Assembly: GCA_032718475.1 (NCBI GenBank)
Contig: JAUCBJ010006428.1
Span: 1 to 52,449, forward strand
DNA from: Nemertoderma westbladi
Lineage: Eukaryota > Animalia > Xenacoelomorpha
Direction of reading: 5' to 3'
DNA: 52,449 nucleotides
The notes under the pieces are model-generated. The model was given only the letters and a program-made list of their open reading frames with translations, ran no database searches and was not told the DNA's origin. Shown here piece by piece: positions 47,637 through 52,449 of this stretch. The position numbers were made by a program, and so were the translations under genes. The first letter of the stretch is position 1, and each line of letters starts with the position of its first letter.

Positions 47637-49658
47637 TTAAGATAATATGTCTTCTTCTGCATCTATAAAACGATCCATTATTTCAAGTTCAACTTCTTCT
47701 GTTGTCCCTGATTTATCGAAATCAAATGTGTCAAAAACTGTATCACTAAATCCAGTTGTTGATTTTACCTCTTTGGAATCAACTCTAGGATTGTCCGAAT
47801 TTGTATCAGTATCCATGTTCCATACAGCCCCTTTTAAAGGATGTCGCCGTCCCTTAATCAGCTTCTTAAGTTTCTTCAGAAAGTATCTCGCAAATATGTG
47901 ATCACCGACTCGCTCCTCTTTGTCATCTGCCTTAACTTTGCTGTACGTGTCATTAAGTATAGCTAGAAACATATTCATGAGAACGAAAAAAACAACAAAA
48001 ACGTATAACATAAAAAATAAAGGCCCCTGAAGTGGACTTGCATTCTCTAAGGAGCGGTAATCAAAGTCGCCAAGGATTATCTGAAATAGGGCGAATATAC
48101 AAGTAAATAAGTCGCTGAACTCTTCAATTTGATCTCCAAAGAGTAGCCAAGCTAGTTGCGCAAATGCAAAGAAAACTATGAAAAAGAACAAGCCAAAACT
48201 CATCAGTTCTTTAGAACACTCGACCATGGTGCTGCCGAGTTGAATCATGGTTTTATTGAAAGTCACATACTTGAATACTTTCATCAGCGCAAGAAAAGTG
48301 TTCCAGGCAGAAAAATTATTCATCCATGTTTTGCTATAACCTATTTTTTGAAAAGATATGTGTGGTGAACGCATGTTTTCGGAAACACTCGACTTTGCTT
48401 TATCTAATTCATACAGTTTCTCGGCAATACGAGTTTCCACTAACATGTTCCAGCTCAAAATTCCCAGAGTAGAACCTATAATGAACAAATCAAAAATATT
48501 CCAAAAATTCTTCAGGTACACCTTCCAGGTCTTGTATATCTCTACACATTCCTGGAGGAAGTAAAGCCCACACATAATGAATAGCGCTATGTGCATGTAA
48601 TATATGTATTGATCCTGGGGTCGCATATAGTTTAGCAGCCTCACTGTGTGGAACTCCCAGTATGGAACTGCCCCACCAATAGTGGGGAACTCAATCACTA
48701 ATTGGACAATGCAGAATAGATTAACATTGGCGTTATAGACAGTAAAATCTATAAATAAGGCTCTTGTTTCCCTGGTGATCCAATCATTTGCCTTCAAATA
48801 TGATATAGCGTCGTGAGCCGCAGCCTTACTTTGTGGTAGATCGTAAATGAATCCATTCGCCGAGTAGTACCCCCTTCGACCAGAATAGGTCATTTGTTCG
48901 GATGAATCAACACCTTTATAAATAAATGCACCTTTTACTTCATTAATAATATTTTCAGTATTTTCTCCTACAGATTCAATATTTTCTCCGAAAGATTCAA
49001 TATTTTTTCCGAAAGGTTCAGTATTTTCGTTGTTTGAATTCGGCATTGATATACAAGAACCGATTTTATCTTTGAATATTTCGGGCACTGTGCATCCCTC
49101 GCCTATTGCAGTTCTTACTTGCCGCATCCTCGGTCGGCTCTGTAACTCGTTCTCGAAGTAAACAAGACCAGTATTATCATTATTCTCATTCTCTATCTGG
49201 TTGTACCACCGTTCCACGTACAACCCATCTATTAATGTTGTCTCTAAAAACTCCCAAACATCTTCGTGATTCCTAATATCTCTGAAACTCTGTCCATCTT
49301 CATCTAAGAATACCGATTCCATCGCATGTGTTAGGTCGTACATGTCTGGGGACAATTGGTTATACGTTACCCCTAGAAGAAAACCAACGAAGACAATATA
49401 CAAAAATAATTGCAATATTTTCTTCTTAAAACTTCGAAATTGTTCTTTTCTGGCCTGTAGATTGAATAGGTTTTCTAATGATTCTTTATTAGTTGGCTCA
49501 GCCTCAGCCTCAGCCACCGTTAATGTAGTCGGTAATACTGTATTACTTATTGGTATTTCAGAAAAGTGGACATGTGCTGGCGGTTCCTCAGCGTTTCCAA
49601 TCACCACATTTACAATAGGGTCAACAGGTTCAGGCACAGATCGATTCTGTTTATCCAT
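47637..49658 (-). CDS. Polycystin-2 family (TRPP; PKD2/PKD2L1-like) cation channel, single-exon ORF
   Basis: 673 aa with six TM segments, TOP domain (PRMRQVR, WITRETRALFIDFTVYNANVNLFC, EFPTIGG), pore QIILGDFD, S6 YVFVVFFVLMNMFLAILNDTYSKVK and a terminal EF-hand-like DFDKSGTTEEVE. Confidence 0.93.
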   Translation of the reverse strand: MDKQNRSVPEPVDPIVNVVIGNAEEPPAHVHFSEIPISNTVLPTTLTVAEAEAEPTNKESLENLFNLQARKEQFRSFKKKILQLFLYIVFVGFLLGVTYNQLSPDMYDLTHAMESVFLDEDGQSFRDIRNHEDVWEFLETTLIDGLYVERWYNQIENENNDNTGLVYFENELQSRPRMRQVRTAIGEGCTVPEIFKDKIGSCISMPNSNNENTEPFGKNIESFGENIESVGENTENIINEVKGAFIYKGVDSSEQMTYSGRRGYYSANGFIYDLPQSKAAAHDAISYLKANDWITRETRALFIDFTVYNANVNLFCIVQLVIEFPTIGGAVPYWEFHTVRLLNYMRPQDQYIYYMHIALFIMCGLYFLQECVEIYKTWKVYLKNFWNIFDLFIIGSTLGILSWNMLVETRIAEKLYELDKAKSSVSENMRSPHISFQKIGYSKTWMNNFSAWNTFLALMKVFKYVTFNKTMIQLGSTMVECSKELMSFGLFFFIVFFAFAQLAWLLFGDQIEEFSDLFTCIFALFQIILGDFDYRSLENASPLQGPLFFMLYVFVVFFVLMNMFLAILNDTYSKVKADDKEERVGDHIFARYFLKKLKKLIKGRRHPLKGAVWNMDTDTNSDNPRVDSKEVKSTTGFSDTVFDTFDFDKSGTTEEVELEIMDRFIDAEEDILS

Positions 49659-49746
49659 TATCCCTGCAATATCAGAAATTCTTTCACAAGCCGAACGTTA
49701 TGTAACAATGTTATTTATTAATAGTATTCCAGAATAAGTTAGCATA

Positions 49747-49760
49747 GGTAACGTGGCAAC
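49747..49760. promoter_or_regulatory. X-box-like motif upstream of the polycystin-2 gene
   Basis: GGTAACGTGGCAAC (minus strand GTTGCCACGTTACC), about 90 bp before the ATG. Confidence 0.45.
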
Positions 49761-49778
49761 GGTATTGTCGGTATATGA

Positions 49779-50370
49779 CACCATTTCCTGGAATATAGTG
49801 TCGTTATTCTTGTACATGGAACCCCCCCCCCCCCCCCTCCCCCCCAAATTTGTCTATAAATCTTAATGCATGAAATTGGAAACTGAGTTAGTTTCATCTT
49901 CCTCTCCTCCTTAGTGGGTGAGTCAGGATTTTTATTTTCGCTTTAATTCTTTAGCTAAAAGTGTTTGAGAAAAGGTTTCTCCAGCGATATTGCACCAGTC
50001 TTACTGAAATGATTCTTCAACCTTATATTGATTTATGGATTTGTACTAGTAGAAAGCTGGCCGTGCAAGGATTCCAAAATGTAAACATATTTGAATTTGG
50101 TTGGGAAATAGCCGAGATATGAGCATTGGAAAGTTACATGCTTTTGCTTCCACTGCAGGCCATATTTTTCTATTTAATAAATACATTATGTTCTATAACA
50201 TTTTGCTTTTATATATGAATAACCATACTTGTATTATCATAAACCATGTGCTGGAATATAGTGTCGTTATTCAGGTATCCCCCCCCCCCCCCCCCCCCCC
50301 CCAAATTTGCCTACAAATCTTAATGAGATTGATTGAAATTTGAAACAGAGATAGTTTCACCTCCCTCTGT
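49779..50370 (+). mobile_element. Two tandem partial arms of the CACCATG foldback family
   Basis: CACCATTTCCTGGAATATAGTGTCGTTATTC + poly-C at about 49779 and ACCATGTGCTGGAATATAGTGTCGTTATTC + poly-C at about 50243, both similar to 36984-37110. Confidence 0.8.
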
Positions 50371-52449
50371 TCCCAGCGATAAAGACCCTTGTTTATTTAT
50401 GTAAACCTCCCTCGCTGCGCTCGCTCGGTACATAAATAAACTCGGGTCATAATGCTGCAAAGTGCTTCTTTGCATACAATGATGTAAATAGTTATAATTC
50501 CTAAATTGTAACATTACTCAACGCCGTTAGTATTAACATCGAGTTGTTATTTAGCACTTTACAACTTTAGAGGACATTACAGCATTGTATTGGCCTGTAC
50601 ATTTAGTATTTTATTTGGTGTTATTGTTCACGCAGTAACCCATGACGGCGTTAAGTAATGTTCACTAAGGGGACATTACTTAACGCCGTCATTGGATACC
50701 ACGTAAACAATATGTGGAAATTTGCCTGACAGCCAGATAGGCCTACAGCATTACCTACCGGTAGGCGGGGTATAGCTATTAATAACCAGTAGGGCCAGTA
50801 GGGCTTTCCGGCTATTCGCTAATCCAAATTAGCCAATGAGTGACCACTTCTTGTTCTTTCAGGTTTAGACATGCTATTTAAACGGTATATTCTTTGTCTC
50901 CGCCAGACTTAAACTCCTAACATTTAAGAACATGTACCTATCCGTATAGGTCATACAATTAATAGCTGGTCGAAAGATCTTTGGTAAATTATCTGCGGTG
51001 CAGATTGTCTGCAGTGTGAATTATTTTGCCATTAATTATAATTATCTTACGTTAAATATTATATATCATTTATCTATGTACCTTTATATTATTGTGCTGT
51101 TGTGTTTTTTGTTATAATGGATTATTATGCTACAGAATTGTAAATAACGAAAGTCCTCATGATAATCAAAGTTTGTTTCCCAAATCAATAACAGAGGTTA
51201 GTGGGTTGACATTGTTAGACATATAATCAGCGGTTAAATCGAATTGTTTGTGATGCGGCAGATAATACTTCCGTTTAATTATTGGCCAACCGTAATATAT
51301 CATAAATCACAATAAATTCCCAAAAATTGAAACATTTCAGTAACATCCTTTGCAGTGTTGAGTTCTCCCATATTTATAGTAAGCATTCTATTGACAGTCG
51401 ATAGTACATATTACCCCCAAGACCTTATATAATATTGATTGATGCGGTAATTGATAGTGTGGCAGAAGAATTAGGACATTGTTTGACATTATTGCGATAG
51501 TGTGTGACAGTATTCTTGGGGTGTATATAATAATAACGTAGCAGCGACTGACTGTTCTCCCCGGCGGCCCGTTACAACGCAAGGCCTTATTTTAGCGCAA
51601 CCCGACATATTCACAGTCAATGCTATATAGACCATATTCGACCTACGGTTCCTGTTGTTTAGGACTCCTTAATAAGGATAGTGGTGGATAATTAACTGTC
51701 CGGACAAAAAAGCGCTAGCAGCTTTTTCTAACCAAAACAATAAACGATGTAATTAACAATATCTTTTTATAAAAATATATTTGATTTATATATATTGCCT
51801 ATCTAGTATATCTATTCACTAGCGCTTATATCCTGCAACTGCAAATAATATTCAATATGGGGTGGAGTGGGGGGGGGGGGGCAGAAATCACTAAGGTGTG
51901 GGGGGGGGGGGGGGGGGGGCGGGGGGGGGGGGGGGGGGGGCACGTAACAGGAATGGTTGGGGGTATAAGTGTAAATTTGATGGGGGTGTAACAGGAAAAA
52001 CACGGTATATGCACTTGATGCTAATGAAAATTTACGCTAGTTAAAACAGTACCGTTACATTAGCCTTACAAATGAACCTAGAGTGCAATATTGAGACAGG
52101 ATACAAAAACTTTGTCTATCGTAATAGTCTAACTAATAGATAGCTGCATCAACGATTGACTATATTTTCTCACAGGTAGTCAATATTTTCAGGGAAATTG
52201 GATCGTGTGACTTCTTATCACATATCTAAATCAATGAAGAAGGTCCAAATGGTTCGAATGTCCGAATGGAACGAGGTCCGAATAGGTAGATTAAGGGACA
52301 TGACATGAGCAGAGAGCAGGTTGCAGTGGCAAGTTATTCTAACGAAAACGACAAACAAGAGTGGATAGTTACAGTTAAATTCTTGACACGACAAGGACCT
52401 CTTCGTTCAATACGATTGCAACCGCTCGGCACTCTTTGGCTTGATTGTT

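Noticed and set aside
51812-52014. Poly-proline ORFs
   Set aside because: They arise from poly-G homopolymer tracts.

Overview
AT-rich eukaryotic (invertebrate animal-like) DNA, not prokaryotic. A minus-strand INPP5E-like inositol polyphosphate 5-phosphatase gene spans about 35 kb. I reconstructed nine GT-AG exons by hand between 35297 and 991, several of which the ORF track misses. Its introns hold two intronless nested genes (prefoldin subunit 2 on the opposite strand, a CCDC177-like gene on the same strand), two hammerhead-ribozyme-bearing inverted-repeat elements (one with a tRNA-like Pol III head), an 8-kb TAGTA-derived satellite, minisatellites and self-nested RTE LINEs. Two INPP5E exon/intron junctions are themselves tandemly amplified, giving arrays of 7 and about 30 splice donors. 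Beyond INPP5E lie an intronless 1611-aa androglobin, whose globin domain appears to carry His at E7 and Tyr at F8, and an intronless polycystin-2 family channel. Four genes have RFX X-box-like motifs upstream and a splice acceptor just before the ATG. Comparisons with human proteins are from memory, not from database searches.
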